From positions 1 to 45,435 of IMG/VR virus record IMGVR_UViG_3300002546_000005: a stretch of DNA of 45,435 nt; one strand, given 5' to 3'. Of the stretch, positions 17,765-26,572 are shown piece by piece (the stretch's first letter is position 1; each line of letters opens with the position of its first letter). The notes under the pieces were generated by a model. That model was given only the letters and a program-made list of their open reading frames with translations. It was not told the DNA's origin and did not search any database. The translations under genes and the position numbers were made by a program. This DNA is from a virus. Taxonomy: Duplodnaviria; Caudoviricetes.

Positions 17765-19355
17765 TTATCATCACCTCAACAATTAAATTAAGCTTCCCGT
17801 CTTTCTCGTTTGCTTCAAGTATTTTAAACTGCGTGCCTTGATCCAGTAGAAACTCATATTCCTCGTTCCTAAATTCACTTAGTGGGTTGATAGGCGCTCC
17901 TTTACTGCCCGCTGGAACCCGAATCTCCAATTGCACGGATCCTAAAAACTGTTGCCCTTTCAAAAGCGAAGTGCTCATAAATGCGGGTTCTTGGAAGACT
18001 ATGCCGGGTAAATCCGGAGCTGAAGCCCCAAATATATTTTTTTCCAACCCTCTATACACAACAACATTCTCCCGCAAATTAAACTTCATGATTGCAGAAC
18101 TAATTTCGTTAGCGAGTTCATCGTAAAGATCGTTGCCTCCGCCTCGTCTCAAATTTCGGTTGACGTCAAAATAAGTGTCATCCGTATAACGGGTAATAGC
18201 ATTAGCTTCTTTTGCGGTTAACTTTTTCAACCACAGGGGTGTAACAAGATTCTCCCATTCGTTGACTTCACTTTCTTTAATGAATCTTTTGTAATTATTT
18301 GGTTTTATTATAACACTTTCAGGCGGTTTTGGCAAATCGGCATATTTGCTCTTCCACTCCAGATACTTAATATCTCCGGGAACGTGATAAGTTTTCCCGT
18401 CTTCATCTCTTGCGATTCTTTTCCCTGGATCCTCTTCATCCCCAAAAAAAGGTACAGCCGTTGATCTACAGTTTGGATGCAATGGAGGGTAATTGATGCC
18501 CACATCTTTTTCATTCAGGGCGAATGTGTGACCATCCATGTCTTGGCATATCTGGCTCGTCCTGCTGTCAAGGGTGGCCAGATATTCATACTCTTTAACA
18601 ATACCACTTTCTTTGTACCCGTCAGCTGTAGATTGATTAGCAATAAAACTACTCTCGGTGCGGACTACTCTTGCAGCGTTAGTGTACGAAACATTCATTC
18701 GTTCAGCCAGATCTCTTGCTGTTCGGTCAATACTATCACCACGGATAAGAGATTGCGATAACTTTGTTTCGAGTTCCAAAGCTAACTTGTCTCTATTTGA
18801 CCAGATCCGTTTACTATAATTGCTTCCAGCCCATTCAGTTGACAATGCTTTTTCTGCATTTGCTCGTGCAAAAGTAATGCCTATTCCAGTACCTTTTTGC
18901 AGTTCAAATAACGACCTGTAATAAGTGTCTTCGTAAACATCTTTTAAGAGTTCTTGTACACCTTTTTGCTGCCCTGCCGCTAACATTTCAGACTGTTGTC
19001 TAAGCTGAACCTGTAATGCCTCCAACCGGCTAATTCGGGTTTTGAAATAAGCGTTATTCAGTTGTTGAGTCCATCGCCCGTCTGCATTGTTCTTAGCTTT
19101 ATTGATAAACTCTTCAAGAGTCATCTTGAATTCTTTTAGCTCTTTGCCATTTAAAAGTTTTCTAGCATTTGCCATGCTGATCTCATTGGTTTCAGCAAAG
19201 CGGGAATAAAATACTTCAATATCACGTTGAATGCTTTGTGCCGCTTTCTCATATTCACGTTTCAACTTAGCAATATAAACATCTGATTTCTTAAATTGAT
19301 CACTGATTATCCCTTCTGTACGTTTTTGCCAATAATCAGCTGGTTTCGCCATCAT
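17739..19355 (-). CDS. Minor head protein MuF (SPP1 gp7-like) fused to ADP-ribosyltransferase domain
   Basis: ATLDSRTS..C, PPLHPNCRS (MuF); C-terminal VYRG...FMSTSL...EYEFLL (R-STS-ExE ART). Confidence 0.9.
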   Translation of the reverse strand: MMAKPADYWQKRTEGIISDQFKKSDVYIAKLKREYEKAAQSIQRDIEVFYSRFAETNEISMANARKLLNGKELKEFKMTLEEFINKAKNNADGRWTQQLNNAYFKTRISRLEALQVQLRQQSEMLAAGQQKGVQELLKDVYEDTYYRSLFELQKGTGIGITFARANAEKALSTEWAGSNYSKRIWSNRDKLALELETKLSQSLIRGDSIDRTARDLAERMNVSYTNAARVVRTESSFIANQSTADGYKESGIVKEYEYLATLDSRTSQICQDMDGHTFALNEKDVGINYPPLHPNCRSTAVPFFGDEEDPGKRIARDEDGKTYHVPGDIKYLEWKSKYADLPKPPESVIIKPNNYKRFIKESEVNEWENLVTPLWLKKLTAKEANAITRYTDDTYFDVNRNLRRGGGNDLYDELANEISSAIMKFNLRENVVVYRGLEKNIFGASAPDLPGIVFQEPAFMSTSLLKGQQFLGSVQLEIRVPAGSKGAPINPLSEFRNEEYEFLLDQGTQFKILEANEKDGKLNLIVEVMISGNTTRSD

Positions 19356-20787
19356 CGTTGCCTCCCGGCTCTGGGTAATCTGTGAACTTATCTAAATCTT
19401 TTTGTTGTTCTTGTGCAAGTCGGTCAAGTTCTTCTTCAACTGATGCAGTCCAAGGGTGATTAGCTGTAATTGTCTCTCGCGATACAATTCCTGCACTGTT
19501 TTTAGCATTTGTGATTGTGTCAGTCTCGTTGATTATGATATCTCGATTGAAAATAAATTCAACATCTTCGTTCGAGAAATCTTTGCCTGTTGTATTAGCG
19601 ATATGCTGGTCGATAAACCATAATAGCCGTTCTAAACTCGCTTGAAACTCTGTTTCGATTATGTTTGCATCCATATCTAAATCTGAGTATAAGAATTTTA
19701 AGGCTATGCCAGAAGGACTGTTACCAATCTTATCGATATCAAAATTAACTCCTCGACCAAAGCTAAAAATATCTCTATAATTTCGGGTTTGGTGCCCATT
19801 ATAAGCTAAAGTATCAATCTCAAGACTGATCGTATCAACCCCACCATCACCAGTCACTTTTACTGCTCTGAATACTGAGAGATTTCTTCTGAATTCCCCT
19901 AAGTCAACACCATCATACTCTTTAACGACATAGATGCTGTTTGGTAGATCCTCTAGATTGTTGCTGTTGTCTGATTTTTTCTTGTCGTAATCGTCAATAA
20001 GAGACTTAACAAATTTAGCAAGCGGAATCTCCTCATCGTTGTATTTGAAACAAACGAAGGGGATCCTCTCCCAATTCATTTGTTGCTCCTCGTCATTCTG
20101 GATTACAGAAAAATGTCCGCTAAATTCCCCAAGCTCAACATCTGGAATAAGACCCCCGTCAGTAAGCTCGTACCTCTTTACGCCAGCTCTATCCCAAAAC
20201 TCTACTTTCGTGATAGTCTTTTTTTCAGTACCTAAGTAAGCTTCAATGTCGTAGACTCTAATTACTGCATCTAGATCCGTATGAGCTGCGTCACGCCAAA
20301 GAGGTATAATTTCCTCAGATGGAATCTTTTTAAAAGATAACTGGCCGGACTCGTCATAATATACGTGAAGCCAAGCCCTGCCCTTATTAACCGCTTCTTT
20401 CCCGAGATTCTTCAGTAGACGTAAAAAAGACTTGTCGAAGAAATCTCCAAGTAGGTTAGCGTATGTCTTATTCACAGTTTGTATACTCAATGGCTTTGAA
20501 AGTAAATAGCCGGTCTTCTGATCAGTGAGTTTACGCAAAAAATTATGCACCAATTTGTTATTTGCTACATTTTCAGCTTCGACCAGTTCGCCGCCTTCAC
20601 CAACTACCAGCCTTTTTCTGTCTAAAATATCGCTGTCACCGGCATAATATTTTTGACCTACTAACATCCACTGGCGGTCTAACGACAGCAGCCAGTCGTC
20701 AATTTCCGTTTTGATGATCTGCTCAAGAGTCATCGCTGATTTAGCACCAGACTCAATAATATTAAAAATTTCTTGCATTGTCGGCAA
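19336..20787 (-). CDS. Portal protein, SPP1 gp6-like
   Basis: YYAGDSDIL, SGIALKFLY..LD; follows TerL; TTG start after GGAGGTG. Confidence 0.92.
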   Translation of the reverse strand: MPTMQEIFNIIESGAKSAMTLEQIIKTEIDDWLLSLDRQWMLVGQKYYAGDSDILDRKRLVVGEGGELVEAENVANNKLVHNFLRKLTDQKTGYLLSKPLSIQTVNKTYANLLGDFFDKSFLRLLKNLGKEAVNKGRAWLHVYYDESGQLSFKKIPSEEIIPLWRDAAHTDLDAVIRVYDIEAYLGTEKKTITKVEFWDRAGVKRYELTDGGLIPDVELGEFSGHFSVIQNDEEQQMNWERIPFVCFKYNDEEIPLAKFVKSLIDDYDKKKSDNSNNLEDLPNSIYVVKEYDGVDLGEFRRNLSVFRAVKVTGDGGVDTISLEIDTLAYNGHQTRNYRDIFSFGRGVNFDIDKIGNSPSGIALKFLYSDLDMDANIIETEFQASLERLLWFIDQHIANTTGKDFSNEDVEFIFNRDIIINETDTITNAKNSAGIVSRETITANHPWTASVEEELDRLAQEQQKDLDKFTDYPEPGGNDDGETS

Positions 20788-20803
20788 TGATTTCACCTCC
20801 TAG

Positions 20804-22051
20804 TTAAAAAGATACTCCTGGTTGCTTCATATCTCTTTCAAAAGCATATCTCGTAGCGTCAATAGTATGATTCGCTTTGTCCTCTAGTTTAGCTCTTGGA
20901 TTACCGTCCGGATCGACCATATAATCAATGTCCTCGAATTCTTTAGCGATATTTGGTGTCCGTTTTGGATCAATAACAATTTCTATTAAATCATCGAGCC
21001 ACTTCTCACCATACTCCACAGATCCAGATCCTTTTCTTGCACCCCGCATCAGGATGCCATACTGCTTCATTTCATCGATTGACTTTGGTTCAGCTGAATC
21101 TGCAATCGTCATTAAATCATGGTATTTTTTAGATTTCATTTGTTCAGCTGCTACCCGGTTATGCATCTTAACTGCATAGATTTCATCCATGGCGTATATC
21201 TTCCGCCGAGTCTTATCATAGTGCCATCTTACAAAAGCAAAAGGATCAACACCATAACCCCAGTCATTTCCTTGCCTGATGTTATCGAATGTAGCAATTT
21301 CTTCGTCCGTGATCCTGCGAAATTTTAAATTATCAAACGGCACCACTCCTGAGCCGATAGCCTTTCCAAGATATTCCCATTCGTACTTCTGTAAGCTCTT
21401 CGCTTTGACTTCCTCTGCTTCTTCGATGAACTTCTGAGAGATATGAGGGTTATCTAAATAAGTCGAATGGTGAACATAGGTATTCGTCGGTATAAACTGA
21501 GACTCATATTTTTTATTAACCCAAGATTGCTTTCTCTTAGGCGGATTGTAGCTGTAGTAAAAGGCATAAAAAAGACCATCAGGCAACTCAGCACGTAACA
21601 CTGAATTTACGATAGTCGATACATCGTCTTCCGTCTTGAACTCTGCCAGCTCCTCGATCCAAAGAAAAGCAATCGGGAACTTGGATACTTTTATGGATTT
21701 AACTTTCTTAGGATCATCTGCTCCCCTGAAGATGATCTTATTCCCCCAAGGCTTATAAACAAGCTGCAAGGGGCTTAGTTTAACCTTCCAGTATTCTTCA
21801 ACACCTAGAAACTCTATTGCTTCTTTCAGCTGCTCAAATACCGATTCTGAAAGTGTGTTAGCTACCTTCCGGATACACAACGTTGTAACCTTATATTTCA
21901 TCATGTCTTTAATTAGCTTAATCGCTATTTGCGCCGATTTACCTGATCCACGCCCCCCTTTTGCAACGTGATGCAAATATCTATGTGAATTTGAAGCTTG
22001 CCAGAAGGGAACGAACTTGGGTGTAATTATCTCTGATATCTTAACATCCAT
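20804..22051 (-). CDS. Terminase large subunit, PBSX family
   Basis: GGRGSGKS Walker A, WIEE Walker B, YNPP, DWGY, HTIDA.RY. Confidence 0.95.
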   Translation of the reverse strand: MDVKISEIITPKFVPFWQASNSHRYLHHVAKGGRGSGKSAQIAIKLIKDMMKYKVTTLCIRKVANTLSESVFEQLKEAIEFLGVEEYWKVKLSPLQLVYKPWGNKIIFRGADDPKKVKSIKVSKFPIAFLWIEELAEFKTEDDVSTIVNSVLRAELPDGLFYAFYYSYNPPKRKQSWVNKKYESQFIPTNTYVHHSTYLDNPHISQKFIEEAEEVKAKSLQKYEWEYLGKAIGSGVVPFDNLKFRRITDEEIATFDNIRQGNDWGYGVDPFAFVRWHYDKTRRKIYAMDEIYAVKMHNRVAAEQMKSKKYHDLMTIADSAEPKSIDEMKQYGILMRGARKGSGSVEYGEKWLDDLIEIVIDPKRTPNIAKEFEDIDYMVDPDGNPRAKLEDKANHTIDATRYAFERDMKQPGVSF

Positions 22052-22778
22052 CAAGACCACTTCCAATGTCGTCAATAATCTTGACACCCTCATCTCCAGA
22101 AATAGAACCTAAGGCTTTAACCTCAGCTTTTAACTTCTCGATTCTAAGTTTTTGTTCCTCGTCCACATCATGCAGCCTGCAGAGCTCCTCGTACTGACGG
22201 ATCATCGAGGTTAGAGTGTTCATAGCCCTAGACTGTGCTTGTAAGAATTTAGCTTGTTTATCCCAAGCATGCTGCAGCTCGTACTCTTTCTCCCATCCTG
22301 TCTCAGTTTGTTTCTCTCGCTTAAGGACTTTGGTCTGATCATGTTTATCCTGGATAAACATGATCTTTTGAGCTCTGATAATAGCTGTAAACTTAATCTG
22401 TATCTGTGACCAAAGCAATTCTATAGCACTTGTCTGACCGACTTCATCGAAGATCTGTCTAGTCTCTTTGTCATCAGGAAGATATTGCCGGAATAAACCA
22501 TGCTTAACTGCTTTATCGTTTCTTAAAGGACCTCCATGGCCACCTTTATTACCTTTGGCATTTTTATTGCCTTTTGGAGCTCCTGTCTTTTTCTTTTGTT
22601 GTACATCATTAGTTTTCGTTTGTTGTACAACATTCCATTTATCTCTTTGCTTCCAGACAGCGACGACCTTCTCATTTTCGTTTAATAACTCTGCTATCTT
22701 GCGGTTCGTAATATTACCGTTATGCCCTAGCCATATTTCCTTAGCTTTATCACGATTGGGGTTTCTCGCTCTTGCCAC
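22041..22778 (-). CDS. Terminase small subunit
   Basis: RARNPNRDKA, WK.RDKW, GAPKGNKNA, KHGLF. Confidence 0.9.
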   Translation of the reverse strand: MARARNPNRDKAKEIWLGHNGNITNRKIAELLNENEKVVAVWKQRDKWNVVQQTKTNDVQQKKKTGAPKGNKNAKGNKGGHGGPLRNDKAVKHGLFRQYLPDDKETRQIFDEVGQTSAIELLWSQIQIKFTAIIRAQKIMFIQDKHDQTKVLKREKQTETGWEKEYELQHAWDKQAKFLQAQSRAMNTLTSMIRQYEELCRLHDVDEEQKLRIEKLKAEVKALGSISGDEGVKIIDDIGSGLDGC

Positions 22779-22820
22779 TACATATCACCACCACCGATTA
22801 TGCATAATTTATTCATTTTT

Positions 22821-22848
22821 AGTTAACATAATTTTTCCTATCGGACGT
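22821..22848 (-). other. dif-like XerCD recombination site
   Basis: Minus strand ACGTCCGATAG-GAAAAA-TTATGTTAACT (11-6-11), compared with B. subtilis dif ACTTCCTAGAA-TATATA-TTATGTAAACT. Confidence 0.75.
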
Positions 22849-23000
22849 TAATTGAAATTACAAAGCCTTTAATATCAACGGTTATAGAGACCCTATGCAA
22901 TTATCAATTATGCATAGAATATTCAAAGGCTTTAAAACGTTGAAATGCCAAGGCTTTTAAGCTGCCGGCGTTATTTATTTCCCGAGGTTTTATGCGTAGA

Positions 23001-23345
23001 TTATGCGCTTATGTCGGTTTTGTCATTTCTTAGTAGATAATCCGAATCTACTAAATCCTTTTCAAAGATTTCAGGGTTATCCTGAATGACCATATACAGT
23101 GCATTGGCAAGTTCATCAATTTTCTTTTCATCATGCTTGTTATATCCAAAGAAGTCATGAATTGCATGGAACATTTCATGAAGAAAATCACATTCCATTT
23201 TACCTTTAGCCATAGTAGGTCTTACTCGAATAACTAAGTCACTATAAACGCACTCAGCATCATAACCACGCCCTAATTCAAGCTTTTCAGTTATTTCAAC
23301 CTTATAGACTTTACCGCCTATCTTGATTTGCTTTGGTATCTTCAT
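23001..23345 (-). CDS. Small HExxH (zincin-like) phage protein
   Basis: FLHEMFHAI motif. Confidence 0.7.
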   Translation of the reverse strand: MKIPKQIKIGGKVYKVEITEKLELGRGYDAECVYSDLVIRVRPTMAKGKMECDFLHEMFHAIHDFFGYNKHDEKKIDELANALYMVIQDNPEIFEKDLVDSDYLLRNDKTDISA

Positions 23346-23457
23346 TTTCCAATTCCTTTCCTACTGTGGCTTTCCAACCATTACGCTTTACGCATCTACG
23401 AAAGGGACAAACATAGCTTGTCCCGGCATTACTTGACCAAATACAACTAGCACACAT
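23311..23457 (-). CDS. 48-aa Cys-rich ORF (not in ORF track)
   Basis: AGGAG RBS; MCASCIW...CPFRRC. Confidence 0.5.
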   Translation of the reverse strand: MCASCIWSSNAGTSYVCPFRRCVKRNGWKATVGKELENEDTKANQDRR

Positions 23458-23471
23458 GCTGATCAACTCCT

Positions 23472-23503
23472 AAAAGAAATAGCCGCCTGAAAAATCGGCG
23501 GCT
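23472..23503 (-). terminator. Intrinsic terminator near late promoter
   Basis: AGCCGCC...GGCGGCT hairpin + ATTTCTTTT. Confidence 0.6.
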
Positions 23504-23554
23504 AAATAGTGGGAGAGAAACGAACGATAAAAATTTACAAGTTTACTCACTACC

Positions 23555-23599
23555 ATATTACCACGGATGAAGTGACATTACACTGACATGTTTGTGACA
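23555..23599 (-). promoter_or_regulatory. Probable late promoter with three TGTCA(C/G) repeats
   Basis: Repeats at 23572, 23583 and 23594 (11-bp period) followed by TGgTAATAT; directly after the activator gene. Confidence 0.6.
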
Positions 23600-23601
23600 C
23601 G

Positions 23602-24180
23602 TCACTTTAACCTAAGTCCATCAACGCCAAATATCAAGACTGACAAGGCTTCAACTGCTCTATTAATGTCCCTAAAAACTGTCCTTTTATCGATAAAGTG
23701 ACATGTCACTATTTCATCAATTGATTTTTTATGCTCCGAAATGTACAAATCGCGGATTATCTTATACCTTCTTTCCTCGATGGGATCTCCTGATTCTTCG
23801 CACTTGATACGATAGTTTAATATCATCCGATCCACAAACTTTACTAATGCCAACGTCCGTTCTTTACTGCGTTTAATTGACTCAATTGCAAGTTCATCCG
23901 AAAACATATCAGCCACCTCCAGAAGATCCAACTCTTCCAGCTCAGTTTTTACGTCGACTGTATGATCTTTGAAATTCTGATAATTTCTCAGTAATAGTTT
24001 AGTGTTTCTTAAGCGCCAGTCTCGTTTTGATTCCTGTTCTTTTTGCTTCTGTTTCTCAAGGTGCGCAATCACCGTTTGGGCTGCGATTTTTGACGCTCTT
24101 TCAAGCAACTTATCGTTTTGCATTTGGGCTATCTTCGCTACTCTCTCGATTAGCTCATCCTGTTTAATTTTTTTCGCCAT
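23602..24180 (-). CDS. Late transcriptional activator (ArpU/RinA-like, C-terminal HTH)
   Basis: RNTKLLL.NY, C-terminal HTH, LSVLIFG.DG; last gene before the packaging module. Confidence 0.75.
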   Translation of the reverse strand: MAKKIKQDELIERVAKIAQMQNDKLLERASKIAAQTVIAHLEKQKQKEQESKRDWRLRNTKLLLRNYQNFKDHTVDVKTELEELDLLEVADMFSDELAIESIKRSKERTLALVKFVDRMILNYRIKCEESGDPIEERRYKIIRDLYISEHKKSIDEIVTCHFIDKRTVFRDINRAVEALSVLIFGVDGLRLK

Positions 24181-24307
24181 CTATTCCTTCCGCCTCCTCT
24201 GCCGGTACACTTGTTATATCTCTTTTACAGTGCGGGCAAATCCATTTCCCATCTTTGTCGCAGCTGTATGATCTACCCGCACATTTAGGACAAGTCTTCT
24301 TTACCAT
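24164..24307 (-). CDS. 47-aa zinc-ribbon protein (not in ORF track)
   Basis: AAGGTGA RBS; CPKC...WICPHC. Confidence 0.65.
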   Translation of the reverse strand: MVKKTCPKCAGRSYSCDKDGKWICPHCKRDITSVPAEEAEGIDGEKN

Positions 24308-24330
24308 CTGGATCACCTTCTCACTCTAAA

Positions 24331-25119
24331 TCATTTTGATTTTTTACGCTCGCCTATTTTTTGATAAATGTTTGCTATAATGATGCCTGTTTTGGTTAGC
24401 TCAGCCTCGTTTGAAATGAGCCCTTTTCTATTAAGCGTAGCCATCTGTTTATCACTAACAAGGACTAAATTATCCAGTGATATATTTTGCCTGTTTTGAT
24501 CCGCGAAAAGGATCTTATGTCCTGATGGTATCGGACCGTTTGCCTCTTCCCAGAGTACCTTGTGCTTGTGTTTCCATCGCTTGTGCCACGGTCCGTCATC
24601 CTGCACCTTAATTAATACATATCCATCTCTATCAATTCGTTCAGTTCCAACGGGTTTGTAATTAAGCGGTTTATTACCTTTCTTGAATGATGTTTTATTG
24701 CCGCCGATATTGTATACACCCTTTGTACCCTTGTTTGGTGGGGTAGACCCTTTTCTAAAACGTTTGTCTAATCCACTGGTCAGCCCGTGATTTTTCTTCC
24801 AAGTATTCATCTGCTTAGTTGTGATTGATAAGCCAAACGTTTTATTTACTAGCTGTGCTAGCTCTTGATTAAGTAAACCTTTCACGTTCTCTTTGATGAA
24901 TTCTTTTTGTTCCTTTGTGAAGAGCCCTTCATCTCCTGTAACTTTTCTTTTTTGGACGTTGCTTTTTATCTTGTGATTAGCTTTAAAGCTTTTAATCTGC
25001 CCCTCTGTAATACTAGTTCTAAACTTTGCATTGAATAAATCAGCAATTTCCGTGTTATACCTACCTAGAGCAACTTTACGAATAAACTCCTTTTGTTCTT
25101 CTGTGTAATTATGGGGCAT
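24331..25119 (-). CDS. HNH-family (HNH_3-like) protein with N-terminal repeats
   Basis: HKVLWEEANGPIP.GH.I.F.D.N..N..LDNL; two T.EQKEFI repeats. Confidence 0.8.
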   Translation of the reverse strand: MPHNYTEEQKEFIRKVALGRYNTEIADLFNAKFRTSITEGQIKSFKANHKIKSNVQKRKVTGDEGLFTKEQKEFIKENVKGLLNQELAQLVNKTFGLSITTKQMNTWKKNHGLTSGLDKRFRKGSTPPNKGTKGVYNIGGNKTSFKKGNKPLNYKPVGTERIDRDGYVLIKVQDDGPWHKRWKHKHKVLWEEANGPIPSGHKILFADQNRQNISLDNLVLVSDKQMATLNRKGLISNEAELTKTGIIIANIYQKIGERKKSK

Positions 25120-25122
25120 AGC

Positions 25123-25332
25123 TTAGCCCTCCAACATTTTCGGTAATTTAAGATCGGCATCCATTCTGTCGTCTATCAACTTTTTAGCTTCAAGTACCAG
25201 GGCACCATTTTCAATAATTTTTGAAGCTACAAAAGTTATTGTTTTCGCCCTATTTATTTCTTCTGCCAGTTTTTCGCCCCTTAAATCTTCATCGCTTAAT
25301 CTTTCCAGCTGAGCAAATAGATGGTTGTTTAA
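25123..25332 (-). pseudogene. 5'-truncated conserved phage gene (LNNHLFAQLERL family)
   Basis: Open frame LNNHLFAQLERLSDEDL...PKMLEG* immediately preceded by in-frame TAA; no start codon. Confidence 0.7.
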
Positions 25333-25360
25333 TTACCGCCAGCTCTCCTCTCAAAATCTA

Positions 25361-25585
25361 TTATTTTTTAATCTTTCTACTCTCGTAAATTTCCTCTAAC
25401 CACTCAATGAGCATGATCATCTGTCTGATAACAAGCTTGTTGTCTTGATACTTTTTAGTCAGCGCACCAGATGACTCAACAACCCATAACCAGAACTGCT
25501 CATGCTCCATCCCGTATTTAGCTGCAGCCTGATTGGTCTGTCCGATCCAATTGACAACATCTGAAAAAAACGCTTGGTAGTCCAT
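25361..25585 (-). CDS. Hypothetical phage protein
   Basis: ORF with RBS in operon after RusA. Confidence 0.7.
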   Translation of the reverse strand: MDYQAFFSDVVNWIGQTNQAAAKYGMEHEQFWLWVVESSGALTKKYQDNKLVIRQMIMLIEWLEEIYESRKIKK

Positions 25586-25588
25586 TGT

Positions 25589-25981
25589 CTACACCTCTTC
25601 TATTCGGATATAGATACCTGGAATCTTTGCCCAGAACTTTTCTGCAACTAAGCTGACTATAAGCGCATCATCCTTCCAGAAACCTAAATCTGTCATACAG
25701 TCAAACAACAACTTCTGACTATTGTCAATATCTGGTCTAGTGTGCTTGTACTGTCCGTCTGCAGCTTTGCCAGTGAGCGGGAAGCACCATTTCGCTATTA
25801 GCCTTAACCTCTGGTTATATGTATTCTTTGGCGTGTGCTTGCTAAGATGTGCCATCAGTTTTGCTCGTGCTGCTTTCATTTCAGGCGGTTCGTAGAATAC
25901 TGGCTTGCCATTTACTATGGTAACCTGTTTCTGCTGGTGAGTGACGGACGGAGGAATCATCGCCATAAAGAACTCCGTCAT
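25589..25981 (-). CDS. rusA: RusA-family Holliday junction resolvase
   Basis: RPDIDN..K...D.M....FWKDD. Confidence 0.88.
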   Translation of the reverse strand: MTEFFMAMIPPSVTHQQKQVTIVNGKPVFYEPPEMKAARAKLMAHLSKHTPKNTYNQRLRLIAKWCFPLTGKAADGQYKHTRPDIDNSQKLLFDCMTDLGFWKDDALIVSLVAEKFWAKIPGIYIRIEEV

Positions 25982-26280
25982 TACAAATCACTCTCTTTCA
26001 CAAACACACCATTGATCATCTTTCCTTTCCGATCTTTGATTTCTTCATATGCCGCCTGAATGCAATCCTCGATGTCCATACCTAACTGCATTGCCAATAT
26101 CGTCAGCACCACATACATATCACCAATCGAATCTTCGACTTGATCGGGTTTACTCTTCGCCATTCCTTGACAGAGCTCTCCAAATTCTTCGCCCAGTTTT
26201 AGAATTTGTTTATTTGGATCAGCTTCGTGCAGGTTTCGCTCAATCGCCCAAGACTTAATTTTAATTGTTAAATTTTGCAT
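25981..26280 (-). CDS. MazG-like nucleotide pyrophosphohydrolase
   Basis: KLGEEFGEL, DSIGD, AY.EIKDRKG. Confidence 0.88.
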   Translation of the reverse strand: MQNLTIKIKSWAIERNLHEADPNKQILKLGEEFGELCQGMAKSKPDQVEDSIGDMYVVLTILAMQLGMDIEDCIQAAYEEIKDRKGKMINGVFVKESDL

Positions 26281-26342
26281 ATTGAAGCATCCTTCCATTT
26301 TTTAACTTTTCATTCTCGCGGTATAAATATTTTGACAATAGG

Positions 26343-26572
26343 GTGTGTGGCGTAAGCTAACACCACACACTATTTTCTTATTATTTATAATAGTGGTCGT
26401 CGTTGTGCCACAACGAGCACCATGTACGTATACTGTTTTTGTTACTTGTTATGTGTTGCCACGATGACCATACTTTTTTATGTGTTGTGCCACAACGAGC
26501 ACCATAATTTTATGGTCGTTGTTGTTGTAACCACAATTTTATTCATTCCACAAAATCATGGTCGTCGTTGTT
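26343..26572. repeat. Iteron cluster and hairpin, probable replication origin
   Basis: GTTGTGCCACAACGAGCACCAT x2 (26402, 26484); TGGTCGT(C/T)GTTG x3; GTGTGTGG/CCACACAC hairpin; at the 3' end of the primase-helicase. Confidence 0.65.

Noticed and set aside
22801-22815. ArgR/AhrC ARG box call for the TGCATA-N3-TATTCA elements
   Set aside because: Half-site spacing is one base longer than the canonical TGAAT-N4-ATTCA; binding factor left unassigned
26394-26572. Mini CRISPR array
   Set aside because: Only two exact copies, mixed orientations and repeat-derived intervening DNA; fits iterons better
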